The notes below the pieces were generated by a model. The model worked only from the letters and a program-made list of their open reading frames with translations. It had not been told where the DNA came from and searched no databases. From positions 1,792,001 to 1,856,000 of the forward strand of contig CAVQXP010000004.1 in the NCBI GenBank assembly GCA_963717935.1: a DNA stretch of 64,000 bases, written 5' to 3'. Both the position numbers and the translations under genes were made by a program. Of this stretch, positions 1 to 10,000 are shown one piece after another. Numbering within the stretch: the first letter of the stretch is position 1; every line of letters begins with the position of its first letter. The DNA comes from Candidatus Eiseniibacteriota bacterium (lineage in GTDB: Bacteria; Eisenbacteria; RBG-16-71-46).

Positions 1-1
1 C

Positions 2-79
2 GCGCTCGCGAAGGACGCGCGGCGCGAGATCTACCGCTTCCTGGCGAAGCACCTGAACCCGCCACGCCCGTGGAAGTAG
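2..79 (+). CDS. 3' end of a gene entering the window (possibly an alpha/beta hydrolase or peptidase C-terminus)
   Basis: Frame from nt 2 reads ALAKDARREIYRFLAKHLNPPRPWK* with GC3-rich codons; too short to assign a function. Confidence 0.45.
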   Translation, partial: ALAKDARREIYRFLAKHLNPPRPWK

Positions 80-109
80 CCGTGGGCTGTGGGGCGGGGC
101 CCACGGCGC

Positions 110-634
110 TCAAGGCGTGAGCTGCCGCCTCACTTCGGCCGCGAGGAGGGCGTAGTCCTCCTCGCGGAAGCGGCCGGCGTGGCGCCAGACGACACAGCCC
201 GTGCGGTCGAGCAGCAGGAGGTAGGCGTCGTCAGGCTCGCGGAAGCCCAGGCGGAGCTTCCACCGGCGGACTCCGCCATACACGGTGATCACGTTCTCGT
301 GCAGGGCCTTTGGCGTGCCCCGGCGCATCCCGCCGTCGATGAACGGCCGCGCCATGCGCGCCATGCCGCCGATCACGGGCACCTCGAAGAAGGACACGGC
401 GCTGTCGGCGCCGAAGTCCTGGCGGAAGCGTGCGACCCAGGCCTCGACCGCGAAGCGCGACTCGTAGCTGAAGCCCAGGGCGACGAGCGTGACGTGGCCG
501 CGGGCCGCATCCGGAAGCACGGCCTTCTTCCCCGACAGGAACTCGCCCCGTAGCGGCGGCATCAGGTCGCCGCGGATGAGCGTGGCGGGGGGCGCGCCGG
601 CTGCCAGGCCGGCGATCAGCAGGGTCGGCATCAT
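110..634 (-). CDS. ATP10-like / thioredoxin-fold exported protein
   Basis: Hydrophobic N-terminus; motifs GEFLSGKKAVLP, FIDGGMRRGTP and YLLLLDRTGCVVWRHAG resemble bacterial ATP10-like proteins; start trimmed to ATG 634. Confidence 0.6.
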   Translation of the reverse strand: MMPTLLIAGLAAGAPPATLIRGDLMPPLRGEFLSGKKAVLPDAARGHVTLVALGFSYESRFAVEAWVARFRQDFGADSAVSFFEVPVIGGMARMARPFIDGGMRRGTPKALHENVITVYGGVRRWKLRLGFREPDDAYLLLLDRTGCVVWRHAGRFREEDYALLAAEVRRQLTP

Positions 635-761
635 GGCGCTGCCCCGGATGGGACGCCGCTCAGCCGGCGAAGGCGCGGGGACGGGGGAGGCCCCGGACGG
701 CAGCTCTCGTGGTGCCCGCTCGCACGGGGCAGGGGCTCCGGCGGCTCCGCGCCGCGTCGCG

Positions 762-1946
762 CTACGAGGCATGGAGCCCCGCGTGCTTCTCCGCGATCAG
801 GTCCGCCAGCCGGTCGAGGGCGGCCAGGTCCCCGGCCTTCGGGAAGCCCTTCGCGACCACGGGTTCCAGCAGCTCGACCTTGAGATTCGGGATCAGGCTG
901 GTGAGAAGGTTCACCATCTTCCCGCCCCAGCTGTAGGAGCCCACGATTGTGGCAAAGCGCGCCTTGGGCTTGAGCAGGTTGGCGACGTAGGCCGCGTTCG
1001 CGACCAGCGGGTGCGCGCCACCCAGCACGGTCGGGGAGCCCAGCACGAGGGTCGCGGCGTCCACCAGCGCCAGGGCGAGCTTGCCGAGGTCCGCGGTCGC
1101 GAGGTTGAAGAGGTCCACGCCCACGCCGCGCGCGACCAGTGCCTCGGCCAGGTGCTGGACCATGTGCCTCGTGCTGGCGTGCATCGAGGTGTAGGCGATG
1201 ACCGCGCGGTTCCCGGGCACGCCGCCGGTCCATTCGGCGTAGGCGTCCAGCATGCGCCGGGGCTGGCGCAGCACCGGGCCATGGCTCGGGCAGATGATCT
1301 CGACGGGCAGTTCCGTGACCTTCGGAAGGTTCCCCGCGATGGTGTTCCGGAACGGCATCATGATCTCGGCGTAGTAGCGCTTGGCCGCCTCGAGGTCCCC
1401 ACCCTCGTCGTTCGCCGTCGGATCGCCGGTGGCGAGATGCGCGCCGAACAGGTCGCACGAGAAGAGCATGCGGTCCTCCTCGAGCCAGGTGAGCATCGTC
1501 TCCGGCCAGTGCACCCAGGGAAAGTGGATGAAGCGGAGTGTGCGGCCACCCAGCGGGAGGGTGGCGCCGTCGTCCACGGGCAGGATGCGCTCCTGCGGGA
1601 CCCCGAGGAGGTCCGTGAGGATGTTCCTGGCCTTGGGGCTCGCGACCACCTGCGCCTCGGGAAAGCGCTCCAGCACGAGCGGGATCGAGCCCGAGTGGTC
1701 CTGCTCGGCGTGGTTGGAGATCACGTAGTCGAGCCGCGTCACGCCGAGCGCCTGCAGCCGCTCGAGGAGCAGCGCCCCGAAGCCCGGGTCGACCGTGTCC
1801 ACGAGTGCGATCTTCTCGGTTCCCCGGACCAGGTAGGCGTTGTAGCTGGTGCCGTCGGGCAGGGGGATGAGCTCATCGAAGGTGCGGCGATCCCAGTCGA
1901 TCGCCCCCACCCAGTGGATTCCTTCCTTCAGCTCACGGCTCGGCAT
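762..1946 (-). CDS. fprA: FprA family A-type flavoprotein (flavodiiron protein)
   Basis: GTSYNAYLV, NHAEQDHSG, HWPE, SCDLFG and PSHG metallo-beta-lactamase diiron motifs plus a C-terminal flavodoxin domain (YTSMHASTR, GSYSWGG). Confidence 0.93.
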   Translation of the reverse strand: MPSRELKEGIHWVGAIDWDRRTFDELIPLPDGTSYNAYLVRGTEKIALVDTVDPGFGALLLERLQALGVTRLDYVISNHAEQDHSGSIPLVLERFPEAQVVASPKARNILTDLLGVPQERILPVDDGATLPLGGRTLRFIHFPWVHWPETMLTWLEEDRMLFSCDLFGAHLATGDPTANDEGGDLEAAKRYYAEIMMPFRNTIAGNLPKVTELPVEIICPSHGPVLRQPRRMLDAYAEWTGGVPGNRAVIAYTSMHASTRHMVQHLAEALVARGVGVDLFNLATADLGKLALALVDAATLVLGSPTVLGGAHPLVANAAYVANLLKPKARFATIVGSYSWGGKMVNLLTSLIPNLKVELLEPVVAKGFPKAGDLAALDRLADLIAEKHAGLHAS

Positions 1947-1982
1947 CGTCGGGCTCTCCCCGGGTTGGCAACCACGGTGGTC

Positions 1983-3215
1983 TCAGGAATCTGATACGAG
2001 CGCGCGGTCGAGCGCGGCGATCAGCCGATCGACTTCGTCCGGCGTGTTGTAGTGGGCCATGCTGACGCGGACGACGCCATTGCGCGCATGCAGCCCGAGC
2101 GCCTCGACCGCGCGATGGGCGTAGAAGTGCCCGTGGCGGATCGCGATCCGTTCTCCGTCCAGCCGTGTCGTGATCTCGCTCGAGTCGCGCCCGTCCGCCA
2201 CGAAGGAGACGGTCGGCGCGCGGTGCGCGTCAACCGCGGTGCGGCCGATGACGCACACGCCGCGGCGCGAGCGCAGGAAATCGAGCAGCGGGGCGGTGAG
2301 CGCCGCCTCGTGAGCGGCGATGTCCTCGAAGACGCGCTCGAGCCGCGCGGGCTCCGGAGCGGGCGAGTCCGGGTGGTGGCGTTCGTCGAGGGCGAGCAGG
2401 TACTCGGGGATGGCAGGGAGCGCGGCCGCCAGTTCGTGGACGACGTTTCCGGGCTCGAGCTTGGAGGGGATCTCGTCCTGGGGGATGAAGAAGTGGTTCT
2501 GCCCCCGGGCGCGCAGCAGCAGGTCCCGCTTCCCGTAGAGCAGCCCGAGGTGGGGGCCGAAGACCTTGTAGGTCGAGAGGAAGTAGAAGTCGGCATCCAG
2601 CGCCTTGACGTCCACGCGCCGGTGGGGGGCGCAGGCGACCCCGTCCACGCAGGCGAGGGCCCCCGCGTCGTGCACGCGGCGGATGATCGCCGCCGCGTCG
2701 TGGAGCGTGCCGATCAGGTTCGAGCAGTGGGTGAAACAGACCAGCCGAGTGCGTTGACGGAGAATGGGTTCCAGCCCTTCGAGTGTCAGCTCGAGGCGTT
2801 CGGGGTCGAGACGCCACTCGCGGAGGACGAGTCCCTCGGCCTCGAGCGCCCTCCAGGCTCCGACGTTGGTCTCGTGGTCGAGGTTCGTCACCACGATCTC
2901 GTCGCCGGGCGAGAAGAGCGGCAGCAGTGCGCGGGAGAGCGTGCGCACGTTCATCGTGCTGGACGGCCCGAGCACGATCTCCTCCGGCGTCGCGTTCACG
3001 AGCCGCGCCATCGCGCGCCGGCCCTCGGCGACGAGCGCGGTGGCCGTGGCCGAGTGACGGTAGGTGGCGCCGAGCTGGACCTGCCAGCGGCTCATGTAGC
3101 TGTGCACGCGCTCGATCACGCCCGTGAGCGGCACGCTGCCGCCGGCATTGTCGAAGAGCGCCCAATCATCCGTGAGGGCGGGGAACTGGCTGCGCGCGAA
3201 GGTGACGTCGAACAT
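1983..3215 (-). CDS. Cysteine desulfurase-like class V aminotransferase (VC1184-like subfamily)
   Basis: FDNAGGS, LDHETN, STYKVFGPH (PLP Lys) and VRVSMAHYNT; has GHFYA in place of GHHCA. Confidence 0.88.
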   Translation of the reverse strand: MFDVTFARSQFPALTDDWALFDNAGGSVPLTGVIERVHSYMSRWQVQLGATYRHSATATALVAEGRRAMARLVNATPEEIVLGPSSTMNVRTLSRALLPLFSPGDEIVVTNLDHETNVGAWRALEAEGLVLREWRLDPERLELTLEGLEPILRQRTRLVCFTHCSNLIGTLHDAAAIIRRVHDAGALACVDGVACAPHRRVDVKALDADFYFLSTYKVFGPHLGLLYGKRDLLLRARGQNHFFIPQDEIPSKLEPGNVVHELAAALPAIPEYLLALDERHHPDSPAPEPARLERVFEDIAAHEAALTAPLLDFLRSRRGVCVIGRTAVDAHRAPTVSFVADGRDSSEITTRLDGERIAIRHGHFYAHRAVEALGLHARNGVVRVSMAHYNTPDEVDRLIAALDRALVSDS

Positions 3216-3470
3216 GGTGAGCATTCCCCTGCGGAGTCGTGGCCGCCATCCTAACTCACGAGCCGGGGGGAAGCAGCCGGGGCGGAGTCCCGGGGCACGG
3301 GCCGTGGGTCCGTGCAGATGGAAAGGGCCGCCGCCGGGGGGGCTCCAAAGGGGACCGGGGGGCCCGCACAAGGGCCCGGAGAGCGCAGAAACGCTTGCTG
3401 CGAGAGCTGTTGGGAGCGCGCCTGCCCGTCCGGCACCCGGGAAGCGGGGCCCCGCGCGCCACTATTGACT

Positions 3471-3497
3471 TCAGAATCCGGCTCCGAAGGCCGAAAG
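3471..3497 (+). promoter_or_regulatory. Putative sigma-28-like promoter
   Basis: TCAG-N15-GCCGAAAG about 60 nt upstream of the HEAT-repeat gene. Confidence 0.35.
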
Positions 3498-3557
3498 AAC
3501 GTGCAGGTTGCACTCTGATGGCCAGGCCAATTCTCCGCGGAAGGCGATGCCACACAG

Positions 3558-5318
3558 ATGAGTCCCCACGGCCCTCCTGAAAAGGGCACGCCCGATCAGG
3601 CACTCATCCAGCAAGAGGTCGCGATCGTCAAAGCGGCCTCGGCCTGGACGGGCAGGCTCGCCCGCACCCTCAAGAATTGCCGGCTCTACGATGGCGGCAA
3701 TCCAACGGTGCTGCGCCTGCGCGAGGAACTTGCAGCTTCGCTCGTCGAGCTGCTCGACGAGCACGGGTCCCTCACCCTGCGTTGCACGTCCAGCGACGTC
3801 TTCTATGGCGATGTCTCTCTGTATCCCGCCCGCTCACGCGAGGACAACCTGGGCATGCCCTTCTTCCGGGACGGCATTCGCAGCGTCACGTTCCTGCCCG
3901 GCGTGGAGCCGTGGGAGGTCGATGCCCTGCTGGACGCCCTGCTCCGGGTCACCGGCCGAATCGAAAGTGAGGCGGACCTGGTCACGCTGCTGTGGGACGC
4001 CGAGCTTGCCCACGTGGGCGTCGAATCCGTCACGATCGAGTCGCCCGTGGATGGTGAAGGCAGCGACCTGGCGGGCTGCGACGCAGGCGCGTCGCTGATG
4101 CCGTGGCCCGGGGCTGGCGCCGAAGCGGCCGCCGAGGCCGGGCACTGCACACCCCGAGGCGATGCAGCGGCCGAAGCAGAGCAGCCCCGCTCCGACGACT
4201 GGATCGATGACGAGCCCTTCGGGCAGTCCGCGACGGCGCTCGCCGATCTCGAGGCACAGGGCCCGCTCGAGATGGCACGGCTGCGGGGCGAGTATGAAGC
4301 GGAATGCGCGACCAGCGCCCTCCAGGGCGCGCTGGCGCTGATCTGTGAGTGTCTGGAGGCCGACACCGCAGCAGACGGGCACGATGAGCTGGGACGCTTC
4401 CTGGTGCGGCTGCTGCAGGAAGCGCTGATGGCCGGTGCGTGGCCCGAGGCGTGCCGGGCGGCGTTGCTGCTCGTGGGTCGCAAGGGCGGCGAGGCCTCCC
4501 TCGCGACGCTCTTGAACGATCTCTGCCAGCCCGATGCGGTGACCACGTCGAGCGCGATTCGCGAGGTCGACGGCCAGGGTGCTCATGGCGTCCAGGACTT
4601 CCTTGCCTTCGCTCGGGAACTGGGTCCCGCGGCGGTCGAGTGGCTGATGCGGATCCTTGCCGAGAGCCGGCAGCAGCGCACGCGCCTGCCTCTGGCCCGC
4701 GCCCTCGCGGAGTTGTGCCGGGACGACCCGGAGCGGCTGGCGCCGTGGCTGTCGGATCCGCGCTGGTACGTGGTCCGTAACGTGGTCCACATCCTGGGCT
4801 GGATCGGTGGCCGGAGCATCGTGGGTCTGCTGAAGTCGGTGGCGGGGCACGGGGATCTCCGCGTGCGCCGGGAGGTGATCTCCGCCCTCGCGCACGTGGA
4901 ACTCGGGGACGCTCGCGACGTGTTGCTCGGGATGCTCGAGGGCGCCGACACGCGCACCTTCTGCTCCGCGCTGCATCAGCTCTCCTGCGCTCGTGACCCC
5001 GAAGTGGCGCGGGCCCTCCTGGATCGACTCCTGGACGCGGACTTCCGCGAGCGCCCCATCGAAGAGCGGCGTGCCGTCTACTCGGCCCTCGCCCGGGTCG
5101 CGGGGGAGGAGGTCCTGCCCCGGCTCGAGGCGGAGCTGCACGAGAGCCGGTGGTTCTCCGCCGACCTCGAATCCCACCGCCAGGCGGTCGCCCGCTGCAT
5201 CGCTCGCATCGGCGGGTCCGCCGCGCGGGAGATCCTGCAGCAGGGCCTCCGCTCCCGGAACCGGCGGGTCCGCTCCGCCTGCGAGAGCGCGCTCGCGGGA
5301 GTCCAGTCCCATGAGTGA
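3558..5318 (+). CDS. HEAT-repeat domain protein
   Basis: C-terminal HEAT repeats (LSDPRWYVVRNVVHILG, DLRVRREVISALA); overlaps the start of the next gene. Confidence 0.85.
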   Translation: MSPHGPPEKGTPDQALIQQEVAIVKAASAWTGRLARTLKNCRLYDGGNPTVLRLREELAASLVELLDEHGSLTLRCTSSDVFYGDVSLYPARSREDNLGMPFFRDGIRSVTFLPGVEPWEVDALLDALLRVTGRIESEADLVTLLWDAELAHVGVESVTIESPVDGEGSDLAGCDAGASLMPWPGAGAEAAAEAGHCTPRGDAAAEAEQPRSDDWIDDEPFGQSATALADLEAQGPLEMARLRGEYEAECATSALQGALALICECLEADTAADGHDELGRFLVRLLQEALMAGAWPEACRAALLLVGRKGGEASLATLLNDLCQPDAVTTSSAIREVDGQGAHGVQDFLAFARELGPAAVEWLMRILAESRQQRTRLPLARALAELCRDDPERLAPWLSDPRWYVVRNVVHILGWIGGRSIVGLLKSVAGHGDLRVRREVISALAHVELGDARDVLLGMLEGADTRTFCSALHQLSCARDPEVARALLDRLLDADFRERPIEERRAVYSALARVAGEEVLPRLEAELHESRWFSADLESHRQAVARCIARIGGSAAREILQQGLRSRNRRVRSACESALAGVQSHE

Positions 5319-6798
5319 CCGGCCCGTCTCGATTCGGACGCCCGGCGGGGCCGCCGGGGACGAGCGCGAGTCGCTGCTCGGCCCGCAGTTCCTCCAGTGC
5401 CTGCACGCGGTGCTGCGAGGGTTGCGACTCTACAGCAGCGCCAACCAGGCGCTCCGCGAGCAGATCCAGGAACTCCTGGCATTGATCTCGAGCTTGATGG
5501 ACGACGAGGTCACCGTGATCGGGATGGGCGAGCACTTCTTCCTGAACGGCGTGCGCCTCAAGCCCGACCCGGCGCGCGTCAACCTGCGCCGCTGGCTGAT
5601 GGCGGAGTTCGAGACGCGCGGGCTTGGCGGGCTGCGGTTCACGCCGGGCCTCACGACCACCGAGCTGGAGACGTTCTTCCGCTGCTTCCTGGAGGCCCGT
5701 GACGCTGCGCGGAGCGAGAGGCTCGCAGAGGAGGCGATGGGCGCAGGTGTCCTCCATGCCATCCCGGTGCGCCTCAGCGAGATGGGCTCGCGACCGTTGG
5801 GTGTGGAAGGGGCCGCGGACGGCGAGGGCGAGGCGGAGGCCAAGGCCGAAGGCGGAGCCGAGGAAGAGCGCCGGCGAGCCGGACAGAACTTCCGGAACGC
5901 CCTGCAGGGCACGCGCGCCCTGATCGCGCGCACCGCGCGGACCGGTCGCCCGGCACTGCACCGGGCGCGCCGCCTGGTCCAGCCCATCGTGGACAGCATC
6001 CTGAAGAACGAGTTCTCGATCATCGGGCTCACGGCGATGAAGGACCACGATGAGTACACGTACGCCCACTGTGTCAACGTGAGCGTGCTCTCGATCAGCA
6101 TGGGCCAGATGCTGGGGCTTCCGCGCCAGGCACTCGCCAACCTGGGCGTGGCCGCCCTGCTGCACGATCTCGGCAAGCTGATGGTGCCTGCGGAGGTGCT
6201 GCGGAAGCCTGGAAAGCTTGCGCCCGACGAGTGGGAGCGGATCCGGCGACACCCCCTCGACGGCGTCAAGATGATCAGCCGCCTGCCGGGTCTCATGCCG
6301 CTGGCTCTCGATTGCATGCGCACCGCCTTCCAGCACCACATGAATGCCGACCGCAGTGGCTATCCCCGGGTGCAGGGCGGAGGGAAGCAGGCGACCTTCT
6401 CCCGGATCGTGGCGGTGGCGGATCTGTTCGACGCGCTCACCTCGCATCGCGCGTATCGCGCGCGCCCCTTCACGGGGTTCGAGGCGTTGCGCTTCGTGCT
6501 GGACCGGCAGCGTCGGCACTTCGATCCCGGGGTGGCGTGGGCGCTCATCAAGACCGTGGGGCTGTATCCGGCGGGCACGGTGATGCTGACCGAATCCGGC
6601 TACGTGGTGATGAGTCTGAGCCCGAATCCGAGGGATCTTGGCCGGCCGCACTGCCGGGTGCTTCTGCGCCCCGACTCGTCGCCGCCGGATCCGGGGTCGC
6701 CGGAGGTCTGGGATCCCATGCCGGCCGACGAGAAGGTCGCGCGCGCGCTGGACCCGGAGGAGTTCGCAGTCGACACGAATGCGTTGCTGGCAGCGTGA
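5311..6798 (+). CDS. HD-GYP domain cyclic-di-GMP phosphodiesterase
   Basis: YTYAHCVNV, LLHDLGK, RRHP, QHH...SGYP and VADLFDALTSHRAYR; ATG at 5311. Confidence 0.9.
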   Translation: MSDRPVSIRTPGGAAGDERESLLGPQFLQCLHAVLRGLRLYSSANQALREQIQELLALISSLMDDEVTVIGMGEHFFLNGVRLKPDPARVNLRRWLMAEFETRGLGGLRFTPGLTTTELETFFRCFLEARDAARSERLAEEAMGAGVLHAIPVRLSEMGSRPLGVEGAADGEGEAEAKAEGGAEEERRRAGQNFRNALQGTRALIARTARTGRPALHRARRLVQPIVDSILKNEFSIIGLTAMKDHDEYTYAHCVNVSVLSISMGQMLGLPRQALANLGVAALLHDLGKLMVPAEVLRKPGKLAPDEWERIRRHPLDGVKMISRLPGLMPLALDCMRTAFQHHMNADRSGYPRVQGGGKQATFSRIVAVADLFDALTSHRAYRARPFTGFEALRFVLDRQRRHFDPGVAWALIKTVGLYPAGTVMLTESGYVVMSLSPNPRDLGRPHCRVLLRPDSSPPDPGSPEVWDPMPADEKVARALDPEEFAVDTNALLAA

Positions 6799-7001
6799 CG
6801 CACGCTGCACCTGGTGAAAGGACGAAAACCTGACCGGTCGACCCGTAGCGGAACGCCGAGGCCCTAGGGACGGGATCTCGGCGGATACCCGCGGACCCTG
6901 CATCACGCCAGAAGGAGCGTTCGCAGCTCCTCCGTGCGGCATGATGACGGGCCCGGCGACCCGGCCTCTCGATCGAGCCGTACCGTCCCGTGGGAGCCGT
7001 C

Positions 7002-10000
7002 ATGTCCGATAACCGTACGCATCCGTGGAGCCACGACCCCCGGGACCCGTTTCTTGCCGCTCTGGGACTGAAGGAACTGCTCGAGACGACTCCGGACCTG
7101 GCCTTCGCCTGCGACGCCGAAGGGAACCTCCTGTGGGCCAGCCGTGTGTTCGAGTCGCTGACCGGCCATCCGGTGTCCGAACTGGTGGGCCGTCCCCTGC
7201 TCCTGCTCCTGTCGCCCCCGGCGCGGCGGCGCGCGCTGCGCGCAATCGCGAGCCAGCGTCGCCAGCATGCATCCAGCTTCGAAGTCACCGTCCCGGTGGC
7301 CGACGCCCAGGGACATGAATCGAACGTGACGGCTCGTGTCGTGCTTCGAGAGCGCCCGGATGGCGGGGTCGTCTTCGCCGGCACCGCGCACGCGGCGCAG
7401 GCGAGCGCCGCGCGCGGCGTGCCGGCTGCGCGGGAGCGGGTGGCCACCGGTGCGAGTGAAGCCTCCTCCCTGGAGGCGGCACTCGCTGCCTGCGAGGGAG
7501 CGGAAGCCGAGCCCCTGCAGGCGGCGGACGTCCTGGTCACCATGAACCAGGAGATCCGCGCGCCGATGAACGCCATGATCGGGATGGCGCGCCTGCTTCT
7601 GCAGACGAACCTGGACGAGGAACAGCAGGCGCTGGTGGACCTCATCTGGAAGTCGGGCCAGGCGACGCTGCGGCTGGTCAATGACGCCTACGAGTTCACG
7701 CGCGTCGAGACGGGTCAGCTCGATCTGGACCACATCGCATTCGATTTGCGGGTCACGATCGACGAGACGGCGGCGTCGCTCGCGCCGCTCGCGGCGGAGA
7801 GGGGCCTCGAGCTGGAGTGCCGCGTGCACCCGGCGGTCCCGTCACGGCTGAGGGGCGACCCGGGCCGGTTGCGGCAGATCCTGCTGAACCTCGGGGAAAG
7901 AGCCACCAGGACGTTTGAGGAGGGCCGCATCGAGCTGTTGGTGAGTCGCCTGCGCGAGAACGACCAGAACGTCACGCTGAGGTTCCTGATGATGGACCAG
8001 AGCGTCGCGTCGGAAGGTCCGCAGCCGGGGGCGGTGGCTCCGCCGGCGCGGCGGGAGCCGGGCTCGAAGCCGGAGCGCGAGTCCGGGGGGGGCTGGGGTT
8101 GGCGGTCATCCGGCGACTGGCCGAGCTCATGGGTGGCAGGACCGGGATCGAGTGCAAGCCGGGAGAGGGGCATCGCTACTGGTTCGACGTGGACCTCGAG
8201 AAACAGGAAGAGCTCGAGTCGACGATGGCCCCTCGTCTGTCCAAGACGGAACTGGCGACCAAGCGGGCTCTGATCGTGGATGCGTCCCCGGTGGTGCGCC
8301 GGGCCCTGCGCAGCAGGCTCGAGGGTGCGGGGTGCCGTGCGTCGGAGGCCGGTGACGCCGGGGAGGCTCACGCGGTCCTGCGGGCGGCCGTGGAGTCGGG
8401 CGACCCGTTCCACTTCGTGCTGATCGACCGCGACCTCCCCGGGGTCGACGGGGAAGAGCTGGGGGCCATGATCCGGGCCGACCACGCGCTGGACGTCGCG
8501 CGCACCGTGATGCTGGCGACGGTGGGGCGCCGGGGTGATGCCACGCGTGCGAGCGAGCGAGGGTTCTCGGCGTTCCTGCCGAAGGCCGTGGGGGTGGAGG
8601 AATTGGTCGAAGCCCTGTGCGAGATCATCCGCCAGGCGATGGTGACGCCGCCGGGCAGCACGCCCGAACTCGTCACTCGCTACTCCCTCGCCGAGGGACG
8701 CCGCAGCAAGGCGCGCATCCTGCTGGTCGATGACGACGCGGTGAGCCAGGTCGTGACGCAGTGGTGCCTGAGCCGACTGGGCTACCGGCTGGAGATCGCG
8801 GGCACGATCGCCGAAGCGCGGGCCGCATGGTCGAATGCAGCATTCGACATCGTCCTGGTGGACGAGCACCTGGAGGACGGGGACGCGCTCGCCCTGGCTG
8901 GCGAACTGCGCGCGCGCGAAGGCGACGGCCGGCACGCGGCGGTCGTCCCGATGTTCAGGGACGAGAACTCGCCCGCGCGGCTCAGCTGGCAGGAGGCCGG
9001 CGTGGTCGAGTTCGTCGTCAAGCCGGTGGACCTCGTGGTCCTGACCGGACTGGTGGAGCGGTTGACGGGCACCGGGCTTCCCGCGGGGTCCGCGATCGAG
9101 GACGAGTATGCGGGGAGGCCCGCGGGGCGCGCGACGCTGCCGACCGATGGCAGGCTGGAATTCGTCCTGCCGGATGTCGACCGGATCCTGACGGAGTCGG
9201 AGGTGCAGGCGACGATGGCGTGCGCGATGCGTGCTTCCATGATTGCAGGCACTTCTCCGTCGCCGGCTGTGCCCGGGATGGCAAGTGAAGCGACCAGGCC
9301 CGAAGTCGAGCCGGTCCAGGCCACGGAAGAGACCACGCCGGCTCTGGCGGAGGCCCGGGCGGCGGACGTGGCCCCGATGGCCGAGGCGGTCGTCGAGACC
9401 CGCGTCGAGGCACACGCCGGGAATCTCGATGAGACCGAGCCCGCGGTGGAAGTGGCGCCGGAGGAGGAGCCGACGAACGTTGCACTCGCCCCGATGACCC
9501 CGGCGAAAACGGAGGAGATGGTCGAGCCGCTCGCAGGACCGACGACCGCGATGTCGGTCCCCCCGACGTCCCACGAGCCGGTGGAGACGGTGGAGCCGAC
9601 GCCGGTGGCTCCGGTGGCCGCGATGGAAGTCGTTGCGGAGCAGATGGCCCCGACGTCCCACGAGCCGGTGGAGACGGTGGAGCCGGCGCCGGTGGCGCCC
9701 GTGGCCGCGACGGAAGTCGTTGCGGAGGAAGTGGCCCCGATGTCCCACGAACCGGTGGAGACGGTGGAGCCGGCGCCCGCGGCTCCGGTGGCCGCGATGG
9801 AAGTCGTTGCGGAGGAAGTGGCCCAGACGTCCCACGAACCGGTGGAGACGGTGGAGCCGGCACCCGCGGCTCCGGTGGCCGCGATGGAAGTCGTCGCGGA
9901 GCAGATGGCCCCGGAGGAGGTCGTGGCGCGACCCTGGGACGCGTTGGATCCCGTCGTGACGGCGCCGTCGCCGCAGCCCGAGGTGGCCTCCGAGAGGCCC

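Noticed and set aside
4030..6942. 970-aa minus-strand ORF and similar long shadow ORFs (41234-44470, 47724-51035, 52502-55057)
   Set aside because: Antisense to well-supported genes, Arg/Pro/Gly-rich and without motifs; expected in high-GC DNA
9563..9910. Repeat array as a possible CRISPR
   Set aside because: Contiguous in-frame 87-bp units without unique spacers, inside a CDS; no cas genes
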